Part shown: positions 1 to 9,052 of the stretch, piece by piece
How positions within the stretch are numbered: position 1 is the stretch's first letter
Layout: every line of letters begins with the position of its first letter
Assembly (NCBI GenBank): GCA_965224245.1
Contig: OZ245046.1
Span: 1,696,001 to 1,760,000 of the forward strand
Direction: 5' to 3'
DNA from: Candidatus Eiseniibacteriota bacterium
GTDB taxonomy: Bacteria; Eisenbacteria; RBG-16-71-46; CAZAMP01
Length of the DNA stretch: 64,000 nt
The notes under the pieces: model-generated
What the model saw: the letters and a program-made list of their open reading frames with translations, nothing else
The model's database searches: none
Told to the model about the DNA's origin: nothing
Made by a program: the position numbers and the translations under genes

Positions 1-437
1 CGGGAGCTCGCCCCGCGGTACGGGTAGAGCGCCCTCCGGAGCTCGGACTCCTCGGTCAGCGGCAGCTCCTGTGTGGGTCCGTCCTCCGAGCCGTTCACGA
101 GGCCATAGGCGCGATACACGTCCTGGCTGCTGAGGACGACGATCCGGCGCGCGAGGTGACCGAGCTCGGTGAGCACGGCCTCGGCGTCGGACTCGACGAC
201 GGCGATCATGTCGAGGATCACCTCGGGGGCGAACGCGTCGAGCGGGTCGCGGAGCTCGGCGAGGTATCCGCGGTCACCGAGCCGACACGGCGGGCATCGG
301 ATGTGGCGGGTCGCCGCGGGCAGCTCGGCGATGGTGGTGCCCCGATGGAGCACCGCCACCTCGTGTCCGAGCGCGTCGAGCCCGGCCACCACGTGCGGGC
401 CCATGAACCCGGTACCGCCGATGATCAGGACTCGCAT
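1..437 (-). CDS. NAD-dependent epimerase/dehydratase family protein (partial, runs off left edge)
   Basis: Manual translation from ATG at 437: MRVLIIGGTGFMGPHVV (Rossmann GGTGFxG), later VVLSSQDVY. Confidence 0.85.
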   Translation of the reverse strand, partial: MRVLIIGGTGFMGPHVVAGLDALGHEVAVLHRGTTIAELPAATRHIRCPPCRLGDRGYLAELRDPLDAFAPEVILDMIAVVESDAEAVLTELGHLARRIVVLSSQDVYRAYGLVNGSEDGPTQELPLTEESELRRALYPYRGASS

Positions 438-686
438 GCGCGACCGCCTCCCGGGGGCTCACCGCATCGTGACCCGGCGCCCGTTCCGGGTGCTCTACGA
501 GCGAGAGCCACCGCCGTTGCGGACGATTCCGCGACCGCGCCGCATCGCGGCCCCCGTGCACGTGATCCGTCACACCGCCGGGGCCGCGCGACACCAGGGC
601 CGGCGTGTCCACTCTCCCACTCACGTCAGGGTCTGTTACCCTCGTCTTCTGGACAGCCGGGGCCGCGACCCACGAGGAGAGCCACC

Positions 687-1367
687 ATGACCCGCATGCC
701 ACCGATCGCCGCATTCGTCCTGCTCGCACTGGGCACCGGGTCCGAGGCGCGTGATCTCGACATCTGCTGGATGGTGAACGTCGCGGTGACCCTCCCGAGC
801 TACGCCGGCTGCGCCGACCCGGACCTCGTCGCGCTCGACGAGCTGGACTGCGTCGACGTTCCGATCGGGGCCTCGGTCGGGCCCGGCTTCGTCTGGGTCG
901 TGATCAACCACCTCGACGGATTCGAGAACGGGATCGGGGGCGCCCAGTTCGGCCTCTCCCACGACCTCGGGTTCGTGCCGTGGACACTGTGTACCGGAGG
1001 ATCGGAGATTCCGATGGACGGCTGGCCGGCCAGCGGAACCGGCAACGCCGTGGTCTGGACCGACGGGTGCTACGAGCCGCCGAGCGAGACGGCACGCGTC
1101 GGGTTCCTCTCGGTGGCCGAGACCTCCAGCGGCGAGATCTTCGTCGTGGGAGATCCCCGGATCGGCGACACCATCTTCGCCGACTGCAACGCGGATCTCT
1201 TCTCGATCTGTCACTCGAGCAGCGGCGGTGGCTCGCTGACCGACCTGTACCTCGCCTGCGAGCCCTGCGGCAAGTCCGGGTATCCCTGCTACGACGGCAC
1301 GCCGGCCGAGGCGACGACGTGGGGCCGGCTCCGGTCCGTGTTCGGGCTCCCCGACGGGCCGCGCTAG
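687..1367 (+). CDS. Secreted Cys-rich hypothetical protein with C-terminal TWG motif
   Basis: GAGGAG RBS before ATG 687; signal peptide (IAAFVLLALG); ends TPAEATTWGRLRSVF. Confidence 0.8.
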   Translation: MTRMPPIAAFVLLALGTGSEARDLDICWMVNVAVTLPSYAGCADPDLVALDELDCVDVPIGASVGPGFVWVVINHLDGFENGIGGAQFGLSHDLGFVPWTLCTGGSEIPMDGWPASGTGNAVVWTDGCYEPPSETARVGFLSVAETSSGEIFVVGDPRIGDTIFADCNADLFSICHSSSGGGSLTDLYLACEPCGKSGYPCYDGTPAEATTWGRLRSVFGLPDGPR

Positions 1368-2065
1368 CGCGCGGCGGCCGGGAACAGCACGAAGTCATCG
1401 ATCGAGTACGAGGCGTCCTCGTACTTCCCCCGCAGAAACGGCTCCACCTCGGTGGCGATCACACCGTTCGCCTCGGTCGTATCGAAGCGGAACTCCCCGC
1501 CGTTGGCGTCGAAGAACGCGACACGTTTAGGGCTGCGAAAGAACGCGGTCGCGTGCGCCCAGGGCTCGGGCCCGTCGCCGAAGATGCCCAGGATCATCGA
1601 CTGGCGAAAGTGATCGGCCTGGAGTGTCGAGCCGGCGTCCACGCAGCTGAAGGCCAGGTCGTACTTGGCGCTCGTGTGCTTGGCCTGCGTACCGTGCTGC
1701 CAGCTCCGGAGCGTGTCGAGGCTGATCTCGCTGACCCTCTTCTTGAACGTCGCATAGGGCTTGCCGGCGCACTCGTAGGGCGCCACGCGTCTCAGGTAGT
1801 CGGTCTGCTTGCCGGCGATGCTGGCCGCCTTGGGCATCGGTCGTGCTTCCTTCGTGTCGGCGTGCGAGCCCTCGAACAGGAACTGGAGCTCCTGCTTCAG
1901 CGCATCCTCGTCGAGGGTGGAGTTCCACCACCCGAACGCAAACCCACCGGGGTTGCGAAACTGACAGGCCAGCCACTTGAAAGCCAGACGGAAGCAGACG
2001 CCGTCGCCGGCGCCCTCGATGAACGTCTGCCAGAAGTCGCGACCCTGGACTCGTCGGTTCCACAC
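1364..2065 (-). CDS. YopT-like (C58 family) cysteine protease
   Basis: GVCFRLAFKW (Cys), WAHATAF (His), FFDANGGEF (Asp); GAGGAG RBS before GTG. Confidence 0.7.
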   Translation of the reverse strand: MWNRRVQGRDFWQTFIEGAGDGVCFRLAFKWLACQFRNPGGFAFGWWNSTLDEDALKQELQFLFEGSHADTKEARPMPKAASIAGKQTDYLRRVAPYECAGKPYATFKKRVSEISLDTLRSWQHGTQAKHTSAKYDLAFSCVDAGSTLQADHFRQSMILGIFGDGPEPWAHATAFFRSPKRVAFFDANGGEFRFDTTEANGVIATEVEPFLRGKYEDASYSIDDFVLFPAAAR

Positions 2066-2262
2066 GTTCGGGTCTCCTCGTGACGGAGGTCATGGCGCGG
2101 CCGCCGCGATGCGTGCCGGCGAGAGTATGAGGCCAAGTCGACCGGGACGCGAGTGTCTCGATCAGCCGGCGCGCGGGGCGTGCGCGTCGGCGGACCGGCG
2201 TCGTGCTAGAGTCCGAGGTGGAGCACGACGATCCGTCGACCCGCGATCGCGGACGGGGGCCG

Positions 2263-5200
2263 ATGTCGGAGACAGGCGACAGACAGAAGCAGATCGAGCG
2301 TCTCTTTCAGCAGGCGCTGGCGCTTCCCGCATCCCAGCGCGAGCGCTTCGTCCGAGAGCGCACGCGGGATCACCCCGACGTTTGTGACGAGGTCGCCAAG
2401 CTCCTGGAGTCGTACGGCAGCGCGCGGGACTCCTTCCTCGACTCCCCCGTCGACCTCGGGCTGGCGCCGGTCCTGGGTCCACCGCGCGAGGCCGCGTCCC
2501 GGCCCGCGCCCCCACCCGATGCCCCACCCGAGCGAATCGGTCAGTATCCCGTGGTCGGCGAGCTCGGTCGGGGCGGAATGGGAGTCGTGTACCGGGCCAT
2601 CGATCCGCAGCTCCTGCGCGAGGTCGCCATCAAGATGCTGCCCCCGGCCGTCTCGGACGACCCCACCTGGCTCGAGCAGTTCCGTCACGAGGCGCGGACG
2701 CTCGCGTCGATCAACCATCCGAACATCGCCACCGTCTTCTCGCTGGAGGAGGACCACGAGGTCTCCTTTCTGACCATGGAGCTGGTCGAGGGCGAGCTCC
2801 TGGCCGAGCGGACCCGGCGCGGCGCGTTGCCCCTCGACCACGCCCTGAGCATCGCTCAGCAGATGGCGGCCGCGCTCGAGGCAGCGCATCAGCGGGACGT
2901 GGTCCACCGGGATCTCAAGCCGCTGAACATCATGGTCACCGTGGACGGGCGCGTGAAGGTGCTCGACTTCGGGCTGGCGCGAAGCCCGTCGTCCGAGGAG
3001 ACCGATGCCGGCGATCGCGTCGTCGGGACGCCGGGGTACATGAGCCCCGAGCAGCTCCGCGGCGCTCCCGTCGACGTACGTGCCGACATCTGGGCCTTCG
3101 GCTGCGTGCTCTACGAGTGCCTGACCGGCGTGCCGGCGATCCGCGGCGCCACGGTGGACGAGCAGATCGCGGCCACGCTGGAGGGAACACCGGACTGGTC
3201 TCTGGTGCCGCCGGCCGTCCCCGAGCGCGTGATCGAGGTGCTGAAGCGCTGCCTGGCCACCGCCGAGTCCGATCGCCCGGACCACATCTCGTCGGCCCGC
3301 CGGGAGATCGAGGAGTCGATGGCGGCCCGCGCCCGCCCGGCGTCGCCCGACACCGGCGGCGTTCGTTCAGCGGGCATCCCCAACAACCTGCCGGTTCCGC
3401 TGACGAGCTTCGTCGGGCGCACCGAGGACACGCAGCGCCTGAGCCGGCTTCTCGGCGCGGCGCGTCTGGTCACGATCGTGGGCGCGGGCGGGTCGGGAAA
3501 GTCGCGTCTGGCGATCGAGATGGGCCGGCAGCAGCTCCGCGGGTTCACCGACGGCGTGTGGCTGGTGCAGCTCGCGTCGGTGACCGATCCGGCCGACGTC
3601 CCCGACGCGGTGGCCGCGGCCCTCGACGTTCCGGACGCGCCGGGCCGGTCTCGCGACCAGGCGATCGTTGAGCACGTCGGCGAGCGGCGCGCACTCCTGA
3701 TCCTCGACAACTGCGAGCACGTGCTGTCCACGGTGGCGCCGCTCGTCGAGCACCTGGGACGCTCCTGCCCCAACCTGGTCCAGCTCGCCACGAGCCGCGA
3801 GTCCCTCGGCGTCTCCGGTGAAGCCACCCACGCCGTGCCGTCGCTCGGCGACGACGCGATCCAGCTCTTCGTCGACCGCGCCGCCGCGGTCCTCCCCGGC
3901 TTCGCCCGAACCGACGCCAACGCCGCCGTCATCGCCACGATCTGTGAGCGCCTGGACGGCATCCCCCTGGCGATCGAGCTGGCCGCCGCCCGGGCGCGCG
4001 TCCTTCCCATCGAGGAGATCGCGACGCGGCTCGACGACCGCTTCCGGTTCCTGAGCGGGGGCTCGCGGACCGCGTTGCCCCGCCACAAGACGCTCCGCGC
4101 CCTGATCGACTGGAGCTACGAGCAGCTCGACGAGAACGAGCAGCGGTTCCTCACCCGCCTCTCGGTCTTCGTGGGCGGGTGGACGCTGGAGGCCGCCGAG
4201 GCGGTGTGCACCGGTGACGACATCGAGGCGTGGGAAGCCCTCGACATCCTCACGCGGCTGCTGGACAAGTCGCTCGCCGAGGCGATGCCCACCGAGGAGT
4301 CGACCTCGCGCGTCCGCTTCCGCATGCTGGAGACGATCCGCGCCTACGCGGCCGAGGAGCTGACCGATCGCGAGGCCACCGAGACCCGCTACCTGGCCTA
4401 CTTCGCCGATCTGGCCGTCACGGCCGAGGGTGAGCTCATGTCGCCGAAGGAAGCCCAGGCCATCGAACGGCTGGCCGCCGACTACGAGAACCTCCGACAT
4501 GCGATCGAGATCGGGCTCTCCGGCGCGGACATCGCCCCCGGGACGCTCGAGATCACGCGGGCCGTGCTGCAGCTCCTGTCCATCCGGTCGCGCTGGCGCG
4601 AGGGCATGCAGGTCGGGCTGGCCGCACTCCGGCATCCGGCGATCGGCGACGCGGATCGCACCGCGGTCGGACACGTGCATCACCGTCTCGGAAACATGGC
4701 GCGGCCCCTGCTGGAGCAGGACACCGCGCGGCATCACTACGACGAGGCGATGGCGATCTGGAAGGAGACCGGCAACACCCGCAACCAGGCCGCGGTGCTG
4801 AACAACCGCGGGCTCGTGGCGCACCACACCGGCGACATCGAGCAGGCGAAGGCCCTCTTCACCGAGGCGCTGGCCCTGAACCGCACGCACGGGAACCTCG
4901 ACTTCGCCTCGTCCAACCTGAACAACCTCGGTCTCATCGCCACCGAGAACGACCGGGTCGAGGAGGCCGTCGAGTACTTCTCGCAGGCGCTGGAGATGTC
5001 CCGCGAGATGGGGCTGACGGTGTACATGGCCCTGTTCGCGGACAACCTGGCCACCGCCTACAGCAAGCTGAACCAGAACGATCGCGCGCGCGCGCTGCAC
5101 GAGGAGAGCATCGCCCTCAACCGACAGGTCGGGAACCAGCGAGGCGTGGCCACCACGCTTCACAACCTCGCGAGCATCCTGCTCGACGAGGGTGCGCACG

Positions 5201-5520
5201 AGGAGGCGCGCGCGCTGCTTCTCGAGAGTCTCGACATCAAGTCCGAGAACGACGACACGCGCGGCCTCCTGTTCGGCCTCGAGTCCATGGCCGATCTCGC
5301 GTGGCGCCTGGGCGAGTGGGATCACGCCGTGCGTCTTCTGGCCGTGGCCGATCGTGACCGCGAGCGGTTCAACGTGCCGCTCGCGCTGGCGCAGGGCCGT
5401 CAGGTGGGCATCATCCTGGCGAGCTGTCGCGAGCAGCTCGGGGAGGCGAGGTTCGACGACGCCTGGAACGACGGACTGACGCTGACGCTGGCCGAGGCCG
5501 TGGCCCTGGCCCGGGAGTGA
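2263..5520 (+). CDS. Ser/Thr protein kinase with P-loop ATPase (NB-ARC/STAND-like) and TPR repeats
   Basis: GRGGMG, HRDLKP, DFG, GTPGYMSPE; Walker A GAGGSGKS, LDNCEH, GIPLAIELAA; C-terminal LNNLG TPRs. Confidence 0.92.
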   Translation: MSETGDRQKQIERLFQQALALPASQRERFVRERTRDHPDVCDEVAKLLESYGSARDSFLDSPVDLGLAPVLGPPREAASRPAPPPDAPPERIGQYPVVGELGRGGMGVVYRAIDPQLLREVAIKMLPPAVSDDPTWLEQFRHEARTLASINHPNIATVFSLEEDHEVSFLTMELVEGELLAERTRRGALPLDHALSIAQQMAAALEAAHQRDVVHRDLKPLNIMVTVDGRVKVLDFGLARSPSSEETDAGDRVVGTPGYMSPEQLRGAPVDVRADIWAFGCVLYECLTGVPAIRGATVDEQIAATLEGTPDWSLVPPAVPERVIEVLKRCLATAESDRPDHISSARREIEESMAARARPASPDTGGVRSAGIPNNLPVPLTSFVGRTEDTQRLSRLLGAARLVTIVGAGGSGKSRLAIEMGRQQLRGFTDGVWLVQLASVTDPADVPDAVAAALDVPDAPGRSRDQAIVEHVGERRALLILDNCEHVLSTVAPLVEHLGRSCPNLVQLATSRESLGVSGEATHAVPSLGDDAIQLFVDRAAAVLPGFARTDANAAVIATICERLDGIPLAIELAAARARVLPIEEIATRLDDRFRFLSGGSRTALPRHKTLRALIDWSYEQLDENEQRFLTRLSVFVGGWTLEAAEAVCTGDDIEAWEALDILTRLLDKSLAEAMPTEESTSRVRFRMLETIRAYAAEELTDREATETRYLAYFADLAVTAEGELMSPKEAQAIERLAADYENLRHAIEIGLSGADIAPGTLEITRAVLQLLSIRSRWREGMQVGLAALRHPAIGDADRTAVGHVHHRLGNMARPLLEQDTARHHYDEAMAIWKETGNTRNQAAVLNNRGLVAHHTGDIEQAKALFTEALALNRTHGNLDFASSNLNNLGLIATENDRVEEAVEYFSQALEMSREMGLTVYMALFADNLATAYSKLNQNDRARALHEESIALNRQVGNQRGVATTLHNLASILLDEGAHEEARALLLESLDIKSENDDTRGLLFGLESMADLAWRLGEWDHAVRLLAVADRDRERFNVPLALAQGRQVGIILASCREQLGEARFDDAWNDGLTLTLAEAVALARE

Positions 5521-5582
5521 GTCCGCCGAGATCGTCCAGTCTCGCGCCGGTCCACGTCGGACAGCCGCCGTCGCGGACCGCG

Positions 5583-6005
5583 TCAGCAGGCCGCCGCCGC
5601 CCGCGCTCCGGGGTGTCCCGGAGGTCCGCACGGCATCTCCACGCGCTCGCAGGGCGTGCGCCGGCCGATCGAGGTCCGCGACCGCAGATACCCCTGTAGC
5701 TGCCCCACCCCGTAGGCCACCGCGCTGACCACGAACCCGTACTGCTCGGTGACGAGCGCGTAGCCGATCCAGAGCGGCTGCAGACCGAACAGCAACAGCC
5801 AGCCCCAGCCGATGCCGCGTCCGGCCATCATCGTCCCGACGATGCCGACGATCACGAGGGCCCAGCATAGCCGCGACGCGTCGGGCCCCGCCGGGCCGCT
5901 CGTCCGCGCCGCGAGGGTGATCAGGGTCCCCAGCGCGGAGCCGCCCAGAAGCACGCCGGCGATCCGGCGCCGCGTCGTTCCGCTCCGATCGTTCCTCGTC
6001 TGCAT
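5583..6005 (-). CDS. Small multi-pass membrane protein
   Basis: 140 aa, about 4 hydrophobic segments; RBS-like GGAGAG; sigma54 promoter upstream. Confidence 0.65.
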   Translation of the reverse strand: MQTRNDRSGTTRRRIAGVLLGGSALGTLITLAARTSGPAGPDASRLCWALVIVGIVGTMMAGRGIGWGWLLLFGLQPLWIGYALVTEQYGFVVSAVAYGVGQLQGYLRSRTSIGRRTPCERVEMPCGPPGHPGARAAAAC

Positions 6006-6067
6006 GGCCGCTCTCCGTGGTCTGGTGGCCGGCTCTCGCCGGTCCTGTTTTCATCATCCACACAGAC

Positions 6068-6082
6068 GCACGGCTTGTGCCA
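6068..6082 (-). promoter_or_regulatory. sigma54 -24/-12 promoter
   Basis: Minus strand TGGCAC-AAGCC-GTGC, ~60 bp upstream of ATG 6005. Confidence 0.7.
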
Positions 6083-6150
6083 CCGCGGGGCACGTGACAG
6101 GATCAGCGCACTGGCAACGCGTTACGGTCTCCAGGGGGGCTTGCCGGCGC

Positions 6151-6183
6151 TCGCGACATCTCGTGGCTCGCGAGAAGTCGTGA
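6151..6183. promoter_or_regulatory. Paired putative enhancer (UAS) sites for the bEBP
   Basis: TCGCGA-CATC-TCGTGG and TCGCGA-GAAG-TCGTGA, starts 17 bp apart. Confidence 0.6.
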
Positions 6184-6226
6184 GCCTCCGGGGCGACGTT
6201 CCGCGCCACCGTCGACGAGAGAGGTC

Positions 6227-8170
6227 ATGAGCGAGCACTCTCCCCGCGTCATCGACGAGCAACAGGCCCTGCGCCTGATCCTCGAGGGCACCGCGCCCGC
6301 CACGGGACAGGAGTTTCTGAAGGCGCTCGTCCGGAACGTCTGTCGCGCGCTCGATGCCCACGGCGCCTGGGTCACCGAGTGGCTACCCGAGTCGCGGCGC
6401 CTGCGCGCGCTCGCGTTCTGGCTGGGCGATCGGTGGGTGGACGAGTACGAGTACGACGTGGCCGGTACGCCCTGCGAGCCGGTCATCGACGGTCGCCGCG
6501 CCGCTCACTTTCCGCGCGACGTGATCCGGATGTTCCCCGACGATCCCGATCTGCCGGGCATGAACGCGGTGAGCTATCGCGGCGTTCCGCTCATCGGCGA
6601 GGACGGCGACGTTCTCGGTCACCTCGCGGTCCTCGACGACGAGCCGATGATCGCCGACCCGCGACTCGAGGTCGTCTTCGGGGTCTTCGCCGATCGCGCA
6701 GCCGCCGAGATTCGCCGGCTGCGCGCCGAGCAGGCGGTTCGCGACAGCGAGGAGGAGCTGGTGCGGCTCCTCGACTCGGCGATGGACGCGGTCCTCCTGT
6801 TCGACGACTCGCGACGAATCGTGCGCGCCAACCGGGCCGCGGCGCGGATTCTGAAGGTGTCACGAGACGAGCTGCACGGCGCCGATCTGGGGCGCTTCCT
6901 CGACGAGGACACGAGCACGCAGGTGGACGAGCGGATCCGTGCGTTCGAGTCGATCTCACCCGCCGAGCGCCGGCACTGGTTCCCCCGCGGGCTGGCCGGC
7001 CGCCGGGCGAGCGGCGAGCCGTTTCCGGCCGAGGGAACGCTGTCGTGCTTCGAGACCCGCCGCGGTCGCCTCCACGCGCTCATCGTGCGCGACGTGAACG
7101 ATCGCGTGGAGACCGAGCGCCGCCTCCGGATGCTGACCGACGAGGCGGAGTACCTCAGAGACGCGGCGCGCGAGGCACCCGGTGGCGGCGAGATCATCGG
7201 GAACACGCCACCGATGCGCCGCCTCTTCTCCGCCATCGAGCGCGTCGCCGACACCGACGCGACCGTGCTCGTCCTCGGCGAGACCGGCACCGGCAAGGAG
7301 CTCGTGGCCCGTGCGATCCATCGCGCGAGCCGACGCTCGGAGGGGCCGCTCGTCCGCGTGAACTGCGCGGCGATCCCGCCGACGCTGATCGAGAGCGAGC
7401 TCTTCGGACACGAGAAGGGGGCGTTCACCGGGGCCACCGCTCGCCGCGAGGGGCGCTTCGCGCTGGCCGACGGGGGCACGATCTTCCTCGACGAGATCGG
7501 GGAGCTGGCGCTCGACCTCCAGGCCAAGATGCTCCGCGTGCTCCAGGACGGCGAGATCGAGCCCGTGGGAGCCGCGCGCTCGAGGACGATCGACGTCCGC
7601 GTGATCGCAGCCACTCACCGGGATCTCCCGGCGATGATCGCGGCCGGAGAGTTTCGCGAGGATCTCTACTACCGGCTGAACGTCTTTCCGGTCCAGGTGG
7701 TCGCGCTCCGCGAGCGCCTGGACGACGTGCCACTGCTGGCCCAGTCGTTCCTGGAGCGTTACGCGCGGCGGATGGGGCGCCGCGTCGAGCCGCTGGGACC
7801 CGCCGACCGCGCCACGCTCACGGCCTACCAGTGGCCGGGGAACGTCCGGGAGCTCCAGAACGTGATCGAGCGCGCGCTGATCCTCTCTCCGGGTCCCCGG
7901 GTCGACGTCGCCGCCGCCATGCCCGACGACCGCGCGGCGCGTCCCCCCGGGCCTTCGACCCCGGCGGCACTCCCCGTGTCGCGGGACGACGCGGTTCTCG
8001 ACGCCGAGGAGATGCGCGCGTTCGAGCGAGAGAACATCTTCCGCGCGCTCGAGGCGTCCGGCTGGCGCATCGCCGGCGCCGGCGGCGCCGCCGAGAGGCT
8101 GGGACTTCCCCCCTCGACGTTGACCTCGCGCATGCGGGCCCTCGGACTCGAGCGGCCGCCGAGGCGGTGA
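6227..8170 (+). CDS. sigma54-dependent activator, GAF-PAS-AAA+-HTH (FhlA-like)
   Basis: [40 protein letters not shown]-terminal Fis-type HTH. Confidence 0.95.
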   Translation: MSEHSPRVIDEQQALRLILEGTAPATGQEFLKALVRNVCRALDAHGAWVTEWLPESRRLRALAFWLGDRWVDEYEYDVAGTPCEPVIDGRRAAHFPRDVIRMFPDDPDLPGMNAVSYRGVPLIGEDGDVLGHLAVLDDEPMIADPRLEVVFGVFADRAAAEIRRLRAEQAVRDSEEELVRLLDSAMDAVLLFDDSRRIVRANRAAARILKVSRDELHGADLGRFLDEDTSTQVDERIRAFESISPAERRHWFPRGLAGRRASGEPFPAEGTLSCFETRRGRLHALIVRDVNDRVETERRLRMLTDEAEYLRDAAREAPGGGEIIGNTPPMRRLFSAIERVADTDATVLVLGETGTGKELVARAIHRASRRSEGPLVRVNCAAIPPTLIESELFGHEKGAFTGATARREGRFALADGGTIFLDEIGELALDLQAKMLRVLQDGEIEPVGAARSRTIDVRVIAATHRDLPAMIAAGEFREDLYYRLNVFPVQVVALRERLDDVPLLAQSFLERYARRMGRRVEPLGPADRATLTAYQWPGNVRELQNVIERALILSPGPRVDVAAAMPDDRAARPPGPSTPAALPVSRDDAVLDAEEMRAFERENIFRALEASGWRIAGAGGAAERLGLPPSTLTSRMRALGLERPPRR

Positions 8171-8243
8171 CGAACCGGTCGACGAGACGCGGCACGCGGC
8201 GGACGGTCAGGTCCGCCGGTGCCGTATCTCCGGTCGCACGGCC

Positions 8244-8807
8244 TCACTCCACGACGAGGTTGCTGTTCAGCTTGATGGCCGAGCCGAGGTTGTAGCGGTT
8301 CGGCGACGTGGCCATCACCGCCTCGTGGATCTTCCGGAGCTGCTCGGGCGTTCCGTTTCCCTTGAGGTACACGGTGTAAGAGAGGCTCTCGTAACCCGGT
8401 GCCACGTCGGGATCCAGCCCCAGGAAGCCGCGTAGGTCGATGTCGCCGTGGGTCTCGATTCGCACGTCCTCCAGCTCGATGCCCTCGAGTGCCGCGAGCG
8501 CGACGTACCCCACCATCTGGCAGGCGTTGAAGGCCGCGAGCAGGTACTCCTGCGGGTTCGCGAAGCGGTTCGTCCCGCCGAGCTCCAACGGCTCGTCGAT
8601 CGGGATCGTCCAGTCTTTCTCGACCTCCGTGCCGCCGATCGCGTACGAGGACACCTTCGTGTCCGAGCGCGTTCCGCCCTTCCAGTGCGTGGCCACGCGC
8701 CACGACGTCATGCCGTTGCCCGGATCCTCGCTCACCGCGCCGACGAGCTGTCGAACGGCGTCGGTGTCGATGCCGTTGATCAGGGTGCTCTGGGGGGTGC
8801 TGGTCAT
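8244..8807 (-). CDS. OsmC/Ohr family protein
   Basis: DEPLELGGT..NPQEYLLAAFNAC, GDIDLRGFLG; AGGAGG RBS before ATG 8807. Confidence 0.9.
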   Translation of the reverse strand: MTSTPQSTLINGIDTDAVRQLVGAVSEDPGNGMTSWRVATHWKGGTRSDTKVSSYAIGGTEVEKDWTIPIDEPLELGGTNRFANPQEYLLAAFNACQMVGYVALAALEGIELEDVRIETHGDIDLRGFLGLDPDVAPGYESLSYTVYLKGNGTPEQLRKIHEAVMATSPNRYNLGSAIKLNSNLVVE

Positions 8808-8883
8808 GTCCGTCCTCCTGGTTGCGCCGGCCCGCCGCCGCCGGTCCATCCGGCGGCGAGGTCGGCCTCGCCCCGGCTTCATC

Positions 8884-8898
8884 GCAACCGGTGTGCCA
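8884..8898 (-). promoter_or_regulatory. sigma54 -24/-12 promoter of the osmC-like gene
   Basis: Minus strand TGGCAC-ACCGG-TTGC, perfect consensus. Confidence 0.85.
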
Positions 8899-8967
8899 TC
8901 TGGCCATCTATCTCGTAATCGCCCTGTTGAAAAAGCGTTGCAGGGATCGGCGAGGATCCACCGGAGG

Positions 8968-9021
8968 TCGCGAGCTCTCGCCGATCCCGAGATGTCGGGA
9001 GCGCCTCACGGGATCTCGCGC
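8968..9021. promoter_or_regulatory. Putative enhancer (UAS) sites, 2-3 copies
   Basis: TCGCGA-GCTC-TCGCCG (8968), TCCCGA-GATG-TCGGGA (8985), TCACGG-GATC-TCGCGC (9006). Confidence 0.6.
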
Positions 9022-9052
9022 CAGGAGCGCGCGTGGAGCCGGGTCCACCGGG

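Noticed and set aside
3367-6093. 908-aa antisense ORF and many similar long ORFs (e.g. 31394-33808, 23330-25600, 53239-55548)
   Set aside because: Shadow frames of real genes in high-GC DNA; no motifs.
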